Shown: in pieces, positions 20,278 to 27,462 of the stretch
Position numbering within the stretch: position 1 is the first letter of the stretch
Layout of the letters: every line of letters starts with the position of its first letter
Assembly: GCA_024231215.1 (NCBI GenBank)
Contig: JAAEQR010000072.1
Coordinates: forward strand, 449,210 to 513,209
Direction: 5' to 3'
Length of the DNA: 64,000 nt
Origin: PVC group bacterium
GTDB taxonomy: Bacteria; Omnitrophota; Gorgyraeia; B26-G9
Position numbers and translations under genes: made by a program
Notes under the pieces: model-generated
Told to the model about the DNA's origin: nothing
Database searches by the model: none
What the model saw: only the letters and a program-made list of their open reading frames with translations

Positions 20278-20403
20278 AATTCTTGCGTCTGTGACGAAAG
20301 AATTAAATCTCGCCAAGTTGTGTGGCGGATAGATGTGAAAGGAGGTGAGAAGACGGAGAGGATTAAGCTTAGCAGGAAGGGGGTGAACAAAGGGATAATT
20401 ATC

Positions 20404-20432
20404 TTGACAAACATTGAAATTTTTGATATATT
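20404..20432 (+). promoter_or_regulatory. near-consensus sigma-70 promoter for the pilin gene (TTGACA, 17-nt spacer, TATATT)
   Basis: TTGACA at 20404-20409 and TATATT at 20427-20432, ~55 nt upstream of the pilin ATG. RBS AAAGGGGGTGA precedes ATG 20486. Confidence 0.5.
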
Positions 20433-20485
20433 TTTAATAATTAGAAATCTGTATTTATTAAGTCTGTGAAAGGGGGTGAATAGTA

Positions 20486-20896
20486 ATGATTAATAAAAAA
20501 GGTTTTACATTGGTTGAGTTGTTGATGGTCGTTATCATCATTGGTATTTTAGTTACAATCGCTGTTCCTAACTATTTTAGGTCAATTGAAAGAGCAAAAG
20601 GTGGGAAGGCAAAAGCGGCAATAGATGTTATTAGAAAAGCATCTATACAATATAGAGCGTTGAATGATACTTTTCCACCTACTGATATTACTGAGTTAGA
20701 TGGTATGGAAATTCCGGGTAATATGACAGCAGCTACTCCTTTTGATGATGGAGATTGGCAGTATACAGTATCTGGAGATGCGACAACTGTATCAATTGTT
20801 GCAACGAGGAACGCGGGAGAACACAGCACAGAGACTTTAACGATGGACGTGGATGGAACGATCACGAATAGTGCTACTCCTAATGAATGGGATTGA
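20486..20896 (+). CDS. type IV pilin / prepilin with N-terminal cleavage-methylation domain
   Basis: MINKKGFTLVELLMVVIIIGILVTIAVPNYFRS: G-F-T-L-[V]-E class III signal peptide with Glu+5 and hydrophobic N-terminal helix. Confidence 0.85.
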   Translation: MINKKGFTLVELLMVVIIIGILVTIAVPNYFRSIERAKGGKAKAAIDVIRKASIQYRALNDTFPPTDITELDGMEIPGNMTAATPFDDGDWQYTVSGDATTVSIVATRNAGEHSTETLTMDVDGTITNSATPNEWD

Positions 20897-20927
20897 TGTA
20901 ACTTGACTTGGATAATTTAAGGATAAT

Positions 20928-20994
20928 AAAATGTGCTATCGATTTATTTGTAAACTACATAACAGATTAAATCGATAGCACATTTTTATTTTTT
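20928..20994 (+). terminator. intrinsic terminator: perfect 19-bp inverted repeat followed by a T-tract
   Basis: AAAATGTGCTATCGATTTA (20928-20946) / TAAATCGATAGCACATTTT (20968-20986), 21-nt loop, then TATTTTTT. Confidence 0.6.
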
Positions 20995-21042
20995 AAAGAC
21001 ATTATATAGGTTTGTAAATTAAAAACATGGGGAGGCGGTGTA

Positions 21043-22125
21043 ATGCGGATAATTGCTATTGCTAATCAAAAAGGAGGATGCGGTAAAACAACAACAGCCA
21101 TAAATTTCTCTGCGTGTTTAGCTCAGGCAAAAAAGAATGTTTTGTTGATAGATTTGGATCCCCAGGGACATGCGACTTTAGGCTTAAATATAAAACATCA
21201 GGATGTGGATAAGAGCATGTATCATGTTTTGACACCGCAATCCGGTAAAAAAGTCAGACTGGACGAAATTATTTTACCTATTTCTCAGAATTTTGATCTA
21301 GCACCGGCGGATATTCTTTTGTCTGCGATTGAACAAGAACTTTCCGGTAAACCGGAACGGGAAGCTAAGCTGTATCAGGCAATTTCACTTATGGTAACAA
21401 AAAAAACCTATGATTATATTGTTATTGATTGTCCTCCTAGTTTGGGGCTTTTAACTTTTAATGCTTTGCGTGTTTCTGGGGAAGTTATTGCGCCTGTAGA
21501 GACCGGGTTTTTCTCTGTGCATGGGGTAAGTAAACTTTTAGAAATAGTAGATGTGATTGGAAAACGTTTAAAATGTGATATTGCTGTTAAAGCATTAATC
21601 ACATTATTTGATCGTCGCACTAAATTTTCTCAGGAAATAAAAGATGATATTTACAATCATTTTTCCGGACAGGTATTTAAATCTATAATTAATACAAATG
21701 TGCGATTAAAAGAAGCGGCAAGTTATGGTATGCCGGTTATTGCCTATGATAAGCGTTGTCGGGGTTCAGAAGATTATATGGCCTTGGCTAAAGAGGTAAT
21801 ACGTAAATATGATTGGACTAAACCAGAAACAGTGACGGAAACTGTTGGCGGGCCGCAACAAAGCAAAAGTGGAATATTGTTTACATATAGTTCTACCGAA
21901 GCAGGTTCTGTACAGATTGCAGGAGATTTTAATAACTGGGCAGCAGACCAAAAAGATAAATTAGAAACTACAAAAAAGGGTGTTTGGGCTAAAGTTTATA
22001 ATTTGAGGCCGGGGCGCTATCGTTATAAGTTTATTGTTGACGGACAATGGGTTACAGATCCTAATAATCCACAGACAGAAGCTGATGAAATTGGGAACTT
22101 AAATTCTTTACTAGAAATAAAGTGA
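21043..22125 (+). CDS. ParA/MinD-family deviant Walker-A ATPase fused to a C-terminal AMPK-beta / CBM48-type glycogen-binding domain
   Basis: IIAIANQKGGCGKTTTAINFSACLA (KGGxGKT deviant Walker A with signature Lys). ParA-like DLDPQG and VIDCPPS blocks. C-terminal ~85 aa FTYSSTEAGSVQIAGDFNNW...KGVWAKVYNLRPGRYRYKFIVDGQWVTDPNNP fit the AMPK-beta GBD/CBM48 pattern. GGGGAGG RBS. Confidence 0.75.
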   Translation: MRIIAIANQKGGCGKTTTAINFSACLAQAKKNVLLIDLDPQGHATLGLNIKHQDVDKSMYHVLTPQSGKKVRLDEIILPISQNFDLAPADILLSAIEQELSGKPEREAKLYQAISLMVTKKTYDYIVIDCPPSLGLLTFNALRVSGEVIAPVETGFFSVHGVSKLLEIVDVIGKRLKCDIAVKALITLFDRRTKFSQEIKDDIYNHFSGQVFKSIINTNVRLKEAASYGMPVIAYDKRCRGSEDYMALAKEVIRKYDWTKPETVTETVGGPQQSKSGILFTYSSTEAGSVQIAGDFNNWAADQKDKLETTKKGVWAKVYNLRPGRYRYKFIVDGQWVTDPNNPQTEADEIGNLNSLLEIK

Positions 22126-22142
22126 TAAGGTGTGTGTAAAAG

Positions 22143-23072
22143 TTGTCTATGAGCGATTCTAAAAAACTAGGTAAAAGTATAGAAGATATTTCGTATTTGT
22201 TTCTTTCTCCCTCTGGAGAAGATTCTTCCGAACCGGATGATTCTGGGCAGCAGGAAGAAAAAAGCACTTCTATTTTAGAGACTCCAATTAAGAGTATCTG
22301 CATGGTTGGTGGTGAATTTTCTTTTCTTGATGCTTTTCTGGTAATAAATTTATCGTTGGCACTGGCTCGTTTGGGCATGCGTATCGCAGTTGTCGATTTA
22401 GAACCGGAACGTCCTTGTTTGAATTTCTTTTTGGGAACTGATGGTCAAAAAGAAGATTCTAATAATATGAACACAGTTATCAAAGAAGGGCCTTTAGGTG
22501 TTAAACTTATTAGTTTAAATACATCTGCGCTTACGGAACTCTCAAACACCGCAAAGAATAGCAAACTGATTTCTCAATTGAATAAGATAGAAGAAGATGT
22601 GGATTTGATCCTGGTTAATGTTATGCAGCGTAATTTAATGAATATGCATGAGTTGTTGCCTGAGCAGATAAGAGAGTTTTTAGTGCTTACTTATCCGGAT
22701 AAAAATAAGATGATTGAATCTTATCGGACGATGAAGATGATTTCTCAACGTAATCCGTTAACTAAGATTGGTGTGGTTGTCGCTGAGGTAGATCACATGT
22801 ATGAGATAGATGCTGTTTATGATAAGATGTCCGGGGCAGTCAGGAAATTTTTAGATAAAGAGCTTTATAAGGGTGGTTTCTTATTTAAGATCAAGCAGGA
22901 TCTTGATGTTAATGCGACTATTGCATCGTTTTACGATGCAGATCTTACTGCTTGTATTTCAAATATAGCTCAGATTGTTGTTCTACGATTGAATTTAGGA
23001 GAAAATATTGTTTCAAAAGAAGCTTTTTTCAAGAAAATGATTGGCGGATTTAACGCGCAAAGGAAGTTATGA
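22143..23072 (+). CDS. degenerate ParA/MinD-fold paralogue lacking the P-loop (putative pseudo-ATPase partner)
   Basis: SICMVGGEFSFLDAFLVINLSLALARLGMRIAVVDLEPE aligns to the ParA N-terminus (ViaV.SgKGGvGKTT.A.NLa.aLa..Gk+VllIDlD), but GKGGxGKT is replaced by GGEFSF. 18-nt gap after the ParA gene. Confidence 0.45.
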   Translation: MSMSDSKKLGKSIEDISYLFLSPSGEDSSEPDDSGQQEEKSTSILETPIKSICMVGGEFSFLDAFLVINLSLALARLGMRIAVVDLEPERPCLNFFLGTDGQKEDSNNMNTVIKEGPLGVKLISLNTSALTELSNTAKNSKLISQLNKIEEDVDLILVNVMQRNLMNMHELLPEQIREFLVLTYPDKNKMIESYRTMKMISQRNPLTKIGVVVAEVDHMYEIDAVYDKMSGAVRKFLDKELYKGGFLFKIKQDLDVNATIASFYDADLTACISNIAQIVVLRLNLGENIVSKEAFFKKMIGGFNAQRKL

Positions 23073-23746
23073 CCACTATTTTTCGCAAAGCACAAATAGA
23101 TAGAGATAAATTAAGAGATGTAATATTAAAAAACCCCGGAGATATTCAGTCGGAACTTGGTTTTATTGATTTTCAGTTTGGAACGGCAGAAGAAGGGGTT
23201 ATAGATTTCTTGGGTGTAGATAGTACCGGAAGACTGGTTATTATAAATTTCGATACAAAAGAAAACGATGAATTGTTAGTAACGGCATTGAGTCAGATGC
23301 GCTGGTTGAAAAAAAATGAAAACCTTGTGAAGCGGGTATTTTTTAGTGAAAATGTTGATTTCAATCAAGATCCCTTGATCCTGCTTATTTGTCCGGGGTT
23401 TTCCAGGAAATTAATTTCTGCGGCTAAAGAGCTGAGCGGGCATGATCTGAGATTTGTCCAATTTCAATATGTTATCTCGGATGCCCAGGATGCAATATTA
23501 TTTGAGGATATATTTAGCCAGCAGAAACCCGAGATAGAAGATCTTCCAATGCAAAATATTGAAAGTTTAAAGCCGCCAACAATTTTAGAAGAAGTGAAAG
23601 TAACAGATAATTCTATAGTAGATACTACTGTAGAGCTAACAGAAATATCTCCAGAGCAAGAGGAGATTATTTCTCTGACACAGCAAGAGATTGCTGAATT
23701 TATGGATTTCGATAAAATTTTAGAAGAAAAACAGACTTCGGATTAA
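23069..23746 (+). CDS. hypothetical protein, possible PD-(D/E)xK nuclease-like core with strongly acidic C-terminal tail
   Basis: ATGA overlap with the upstream gene. VIDFLGVDSTGRLVIINFDTKEND resembles the D...(D/E)xK strand pattern of restriction-endonuclease-like folds (NucS/YraN-like). C-terminal 90 aa is rich in E/D. Confidence 0.3.
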   Translation: MTTIFRKAQIDRDKLRDVILKNPGDIQSELGFIDFQFGTAEEGVIDFLGVDSTGRLVIINFDTKENDELLVTALSQMRWLKKNENLVKRVFFSENVDFNQDPLILLICPGFSRKLISAAKELSGHDLRFVQFQYVISDAQDAILFEDIFSQQKPEIEDLPMQNIESLKPPTILEEVKVTDNSIVDTTVELTEISPEQEEIISLTQQEIAEFMDFDKILEEKQTSD

Positions 23747-23754
23747 ACCTTCCT

Positions 23755-24504
23755 GTGCAAAGCCAAAACAAATTCATATCTCTGAAAAAAACAGTAAATT
23801 ATTATCAGATAGAAGATGTTAGATTTCCAAATCTTATGTGTGTATTCTCAACGCGCATATTTGATTATAGTTTACATGAAGATTTAGGTGTTCGCCAAAG
23901 CTTTTTTATTGAACTGGGTTTAAAAATAGAGGATAGTATTTTTTTAGAACAGCCCCATCAGGCGAGAGTTTTTAGAGCTAAGAAAGAAGACAGGGGGAAA
24001 GGCGCGGTTGATTTTTATACTCGAGTTCCCGGATGTGATGCGGTGATAACCGAAGAGCCTGGGACAGCTTTATGTTTGTTGACGGCTGATTGTCTGCCTT
24101 TGTTTTTTTTCGTTCCGGGTGAAAAAGTTTTAGGGATTGCTCATGCGGGATGGCGTGGGACTCAGGCGAAAATTGCAGAGACAACAGTAAATAAACTATG
24201 TCAAGAATTCGATTGTTTTGCCGAAAAAATATGTGTTTATATTGGTCCGGGAATAGGCCCCTGTTGTTATCGCGTAGGGAAAGAGTTAAGAGATGTATTT
24301 CCTGATTTTGTTAAAACTCAAAGAGATGGTTTGTATTTTGATCTTGCCGCGGCGAATACTGAGCAATTAGTTGAATTCGGGATAAATAGAGAAAACATTT
24401 ACAGTACAGGACTTTGCACTAGTTGCAAAAATGATAAATTTTTCTCTTATCGTCGGGGGGATAAAATGAAACGTATGCTAAGTGTAGCAATGTTAAAGCC
24501 ATAA
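23755..24504 (+). CDS. pgeF: PgeF/YfiH family (DUF152, laccase-domain) purine nucleoside enzyme / peptidoglycan editing factor; GTG start
   Basis: LTADCLPLFF...LGIAHAGWRGT...IGPGIGPCCYRVG are the conserved Cys/His zinc-ligand blocks of YfiH. Confidence 0.8.
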   Translation: MQSQNKFISLKKTVNYYQIEDVRFPNLMCVFSTRIFDYSLHEDLGVRQSFFIELGLKIEDSIFLEQPHQARVFRAKKEDRGKGAVDFYTRVPGCDAVITEEPGTALCLLTADCLPLFFFVPGEKVLGIAHAGWRGTQAKIAETTVNKLCQEFDCFAEKICVYIGPGIGPCCYRVGKELRDVFPDFVKTQRDGLYFDLAAANTEQLVEFGINRENIYSTGLCTSCKNDKFFSYRRGDKMKRMLSVAMLKP

Positions 24505-24524
24505 GTTGTGGCGATTATTTTGCT

Positions 24525-24553
24525 TGACTTAATGCCATTAAATAATGTAATAT
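24525..24553 (+). promoter_or_regulatory. sigma-70-like promoter (TTGACT, 17-nt spacer, TAATAT) upstream of the DUF4912 gene
   Basis: TTGACT at 24525-24530, TAATAT at 24548-24553. A GGTGTTGTGATACACC palindrome (24600-24616) lies in the 5' UTR. RBS GAGGAGG before ATG 24643. Confidence 0.45.
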
Positions 24554-24642
24554 TACAATGTAAAATCGGGATTAAAGCAATTTTTAGCTAGTATTAAGAG
24601 GTGTTGTGATACACCTTACAAAACAGAGGAGGCGGTATTGCT

Positions 24643-25689
24643 ATGAAAAAAACCGCAGTTAAAAAAAGTAAATCAACAAAAATTTCAAAGGCTAAATCAA
24701 AATCTGTTGCAAAAACAAAGAAAACAATTTCTCGACGGACGAATGTGAAAAGTGCAGCAAAATTGGTGAAAAACAAAGTGGTAAAACCAGTGCACTCTTC
24801 AGTGGAAACAGAAGTTTTTCCCGCTTTAGCTGAAGGTAAACAGCAGGTAGGAGAAAGTAAGTTTTTTCGGCGGCCAGCGGGAGTTCAGGTTCAGGAAAGA
24901 GATACTTATGAACTACCTGCCGAATATGGCGATACTCGTATTGTAATCCAGGTTCGTGATCCATATTGGATCTATTCATATTGGGAAATTAATGCTGATA
25001 AATGGGCTGGGTTACGCCAGGAATTTGGGGATGTATTAAATTCTGCTAAGCGCATGCTTCGGATCTATGATATTACCGGTGTTATTTTTAACGGGAATAA
25101 TTTTAACAGCTTTTTTGATATCGAAATTAATGATTGCGCAAGTACTTGGTACATTAATGTTGGAACCCCAGGCAGGAGTTATTGTGTAGATATCGGGTTA
25201 TTATTATCAGATGGTAAGTTTATTACTTTGGCGCGTTCAAATTGTGTGACGACTCCATTGGATGGTCCTAGCTCAATTACAGATGAGGAATGGATGGTGG
25301 TAGAGGATGATTTTAATAAACTTTATGGTCTCTCTGTTGGTTTAGGCGTGGGGTTAAGTTCAGCTGATATAAAAAGAAAGATTACGCAAAGATTACAAAG
25401 TGATATCTCTTCCGGGGCAATATCTTCATTTGGTAGTCCGGTTAAAAAGATGGATCAAAAGCGTGGGTTCTGGCTGGTGGTTAATACAGAGCTGATTGTA
25501 TATGGTGCTACAGAACCTGATGCTAAAGTAACGGTTCAGGGCCGCCCGATACAACTGAATAAAGAGGGTACATTTAGCTTGCGTTTTGCGCTTCCCGACG
25601 GAGAACAGACAATCCCGGTAAAAGCAGTTTCCTCAGACGGGGGAGAAAAACGGGTAATTACCCCGATTGTAAATAAGAAAACAATATAA
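24643..25689 (+). CDS. DUF4912-domain protein with a lysine-rich histone-H1-like N-terminal tail
   Basis: N-terminal 50 aa is K/A/S/T-rich (KKSKSTKISKAKSKSVAKTKKT...). Core block RIVIQVRDPYWIYSYWEIN matches the DUF4912 family, which is typically encoded next to GH57 enzymes. Confidence 0.6.
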   Translation: MKKTAVKKSKSTKISKAKSKSVAKTKKTISRRTNVKSAAKLVKNKVVKPVHSSVETEVFPALAEGKQQVGESKFFRRPAGVQVQERDTYELPAEYGDTRIVIQVRDPYWIYSYWEINADKWAGLRQEFGDVLNSAKRMLRIYDITGVIFNGNNFNSFFDIEINDCASTWYINVGTPGRSYCVDIGLLLSDGKFITLARSNCVTTPLDGPSSITDEEWMVVEDDFNKLYGLSVGLGVGLSSADIKRKITQRLQSDISSGAISSFGSPVKKMDQKRGFWLVVNTELIVYGATEPDAKVTVQGRPIQLNKEGTFSLRFALPDGEQTIPVKAVSSDGGEKRVITPIVNKKTI

Positions 25690-25716
25690 GTTATAATATA
25701 GATATATAGTGCCAAA

Positions 25717-25752
25717 GGGGACGGATATAAAACCGTCCTCTTTTTGATTTTT
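25717..25752 (+). terminator. rho-independent terminator
   Basis: GGGGACGG-ATATAAAA-CCGTCCTC hairpin, followed by TTTTTGATTTTT. Confidence 0.55.
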
Positions 25753-25876
25753 AAATATCTTGAATTGTAATTATTAGTATGTTAAGATAAAATTCATTAT
25801 TTATAATCTATATATAATATAAAATATTAATTTAAGCAAGGATGGGGAAGAATCGCTTAAAATTAAGGGGAAAGTT

Positions 25877-27457
25877 ATGGAAAAAGGGTATTTATGTATT
25901 GTTTTGCACGGACATTTGCCATATGTGCGGCATCCGGAACATGAGGATTTTTTAGAGGAAGACTGGCTTTACGAAGCAATTACCGAAACTTATATACCTT
26001 TGATCAATGTTTTTGAAAAGTTGATAGATGATAATATTGATTTTCGGATTACAATGGGACTTTCTCCGACGCTTATTACGATGCTTATGGATCCGTTATT
26101 GCAAAGAAGGTACTTAAAGCATTTAGAGAGTCTTATCGAATTGGCCACTAAAGAAGTTGAAAGGACACAGTGGCAGCCGGAATTTCACAAACTTGCATTG
26201 ATGTATCTGGATAAGTTTAAGCTCACGCGCCATGTTTTTGTGGATAAATATAACCGCAATATCATTCAGGCGTTTAAGAATGTTCAGGATGCTGGTAAGC
26301 TGGAGATTATGACTTGCGGTGCTACACATGGGTTTTTTCCTCTTATGCATGTGTGCCGGGAATCGGTCAGAGCCCAGGTTCGCACAGCAGTAGATCAGTA
26401 TAAAAATGTTTTTGGTCGTCCTCCCAGAGGAATTTGGCTGCCGGAATGTGGTTTTAACCCGGGTGACGATGAGGTTTTGAAAGAAAGTGGTCTGCGTTTC
26501 TTTTTCGTCGACAGTCATGGGATATTGCATGGCTCACCACGGCCTAAATACGGTGTTTTTGCTCCGGTTTATTGTAAGTCAGGGGTTGCCTGTTTTGGCC
26601 GTGATATTGAATCTTCAAAGCAGGTATGGAGTGCGGTAGAAGGGTATCCGGGAGATTATAATTATCGCGAGTTTTACCGGGATATCGGTTTTGAATTGGA
26701 TTATGAATATATAAAACCGTATATTCACAGTGATGGTATTCGGGTTAATACTGGGATGAAGTATTATAAAATTACCGGAGAGACCGATGATAAACAGGCT
26801 TATGTCCCGGAGACAGCTATGCAAAAAGCTGCGGACCAAGCTGGTAACTTTATGTTTAACCGGGAGAAACAAGTCGAAGCTCTTTACGATATGTTAAAAA
26901 AGAAACCGATCATTATTTCTCCCTATGATGCTGAATTATTCGGCCATTGGTGGTATGAAGGGCCTGATTGGCTTAACTTTTTAATGCGCAAGATTGCCTG
27001 TGACCAAAAAACAATAAAGATGATTACTCCTTCGGAATATCTGGAGAAATATCCTAGCAATCAGGTGATTACGCCTTCAATGTCTACCTGGGGATATAAG
27101 GGCTATAATGAAGTTTGGTTGGAAGGTTCAAATGACTGGATTTATCGTCATTTGCATAAAGCTTCGGATAGAATGAGTGAATTAGTAAGATCATACCCGA
27201 AGGCCGGAGGCATTACTTTAAGGGCATTAAATCAGGCTTTACGGGAACTATTGCTGGCACAGAGTTCTGATTGGGCATTTATTATGAAGACCGGAACACA
27301 TATTCCTTATGCAGTAAAGAGAACAAAAGATCATTTGCTTAGATTTAATAAGCTTTATCATAATATTAAGTCAAGAAATGTGAATGAGTCATGGCTTAAT
27401 GATCTTGAATATACGGATAACATTTTTCCGACAATTGACTATCGTTTTCATTCATAA
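25877..27457 (+). CDS. glycoside hydrolase family 57 enzyme, most likely 1,4-alpha-glucan branching enzyme
   Basis: N-terminal CIVLHGHLPYVRHPEHEDFLEEDWLYEAITETYIPL is the GH57 branching-enzyme signature (HGHLPYV...). 526 aa, consistent with GH57 GlgB. Confidence 0.8.
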   Translation: MEKGYLCIVLHGHLPYVRHPEHEDFLEEDWLYEAITETYIPLINVFEKLIDDNIDFRITMGLSPTLITMLMDPLLQRRYLKHLESLIELATKEVERTQWQPEFHKLALMYLDKFKLTRHVFVDKYNRNIIQAFKNVQDAGKLEIMTCGATHGFFPLMHVCRESVRAQVRTAVDQYKNVFGRPPRGIWLPECGFNPGDDEVLKESGLRFFFVDSHGILHGSPRPKYGVFAPVYCKSGVACFGRDIESSKQVWSAVEGYPGDYNYREFYRDIGFELDYEYIKPYIHSDGIRVNTGMKYYKITGETDDKQAYVPETAMQKAADQAGNFMFNREKQVEALYDMLKKKPIIISPYDAELFGHWWYEGPDWLNFLMRKIACDQKTIKMITPSEYLEKYPSNQVITPSMSTWGYKGYNEVWLEGSNDWIYRHLHKASDRMSELVRSYPKAGGITLRALNQALRELLLAQSSDWAFIMKTGTHIPYAVKRTKDHLLRFNKLYHNIKSRNVNESWLNDLEYTDNIFPTIDYRFHS

Positions 27458-27462
27458 AAGGT

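Noticed and set aside
20211-20469. Two short ORFs (67 aa -, 80 aa +) in the manC-pilin intergenic region
   Set aside because: They overlap the structured RNA, its terminator and the pilin promoter. There is no RBS, the codon usage is G-rich and atypical, and the region is better explained as non-coding regulatory RNA.
24655-24800. Short AAA/AAG-rich periodic DNA at the 5' end of the DUF4912 gene
   Set aside because: It is the coding sequence of the lysine-rich N-terminal tail, that is, low-complexity coding sequence. It is not a tandem DNA repeat, CRISPR array or slippage tract of independent significance.
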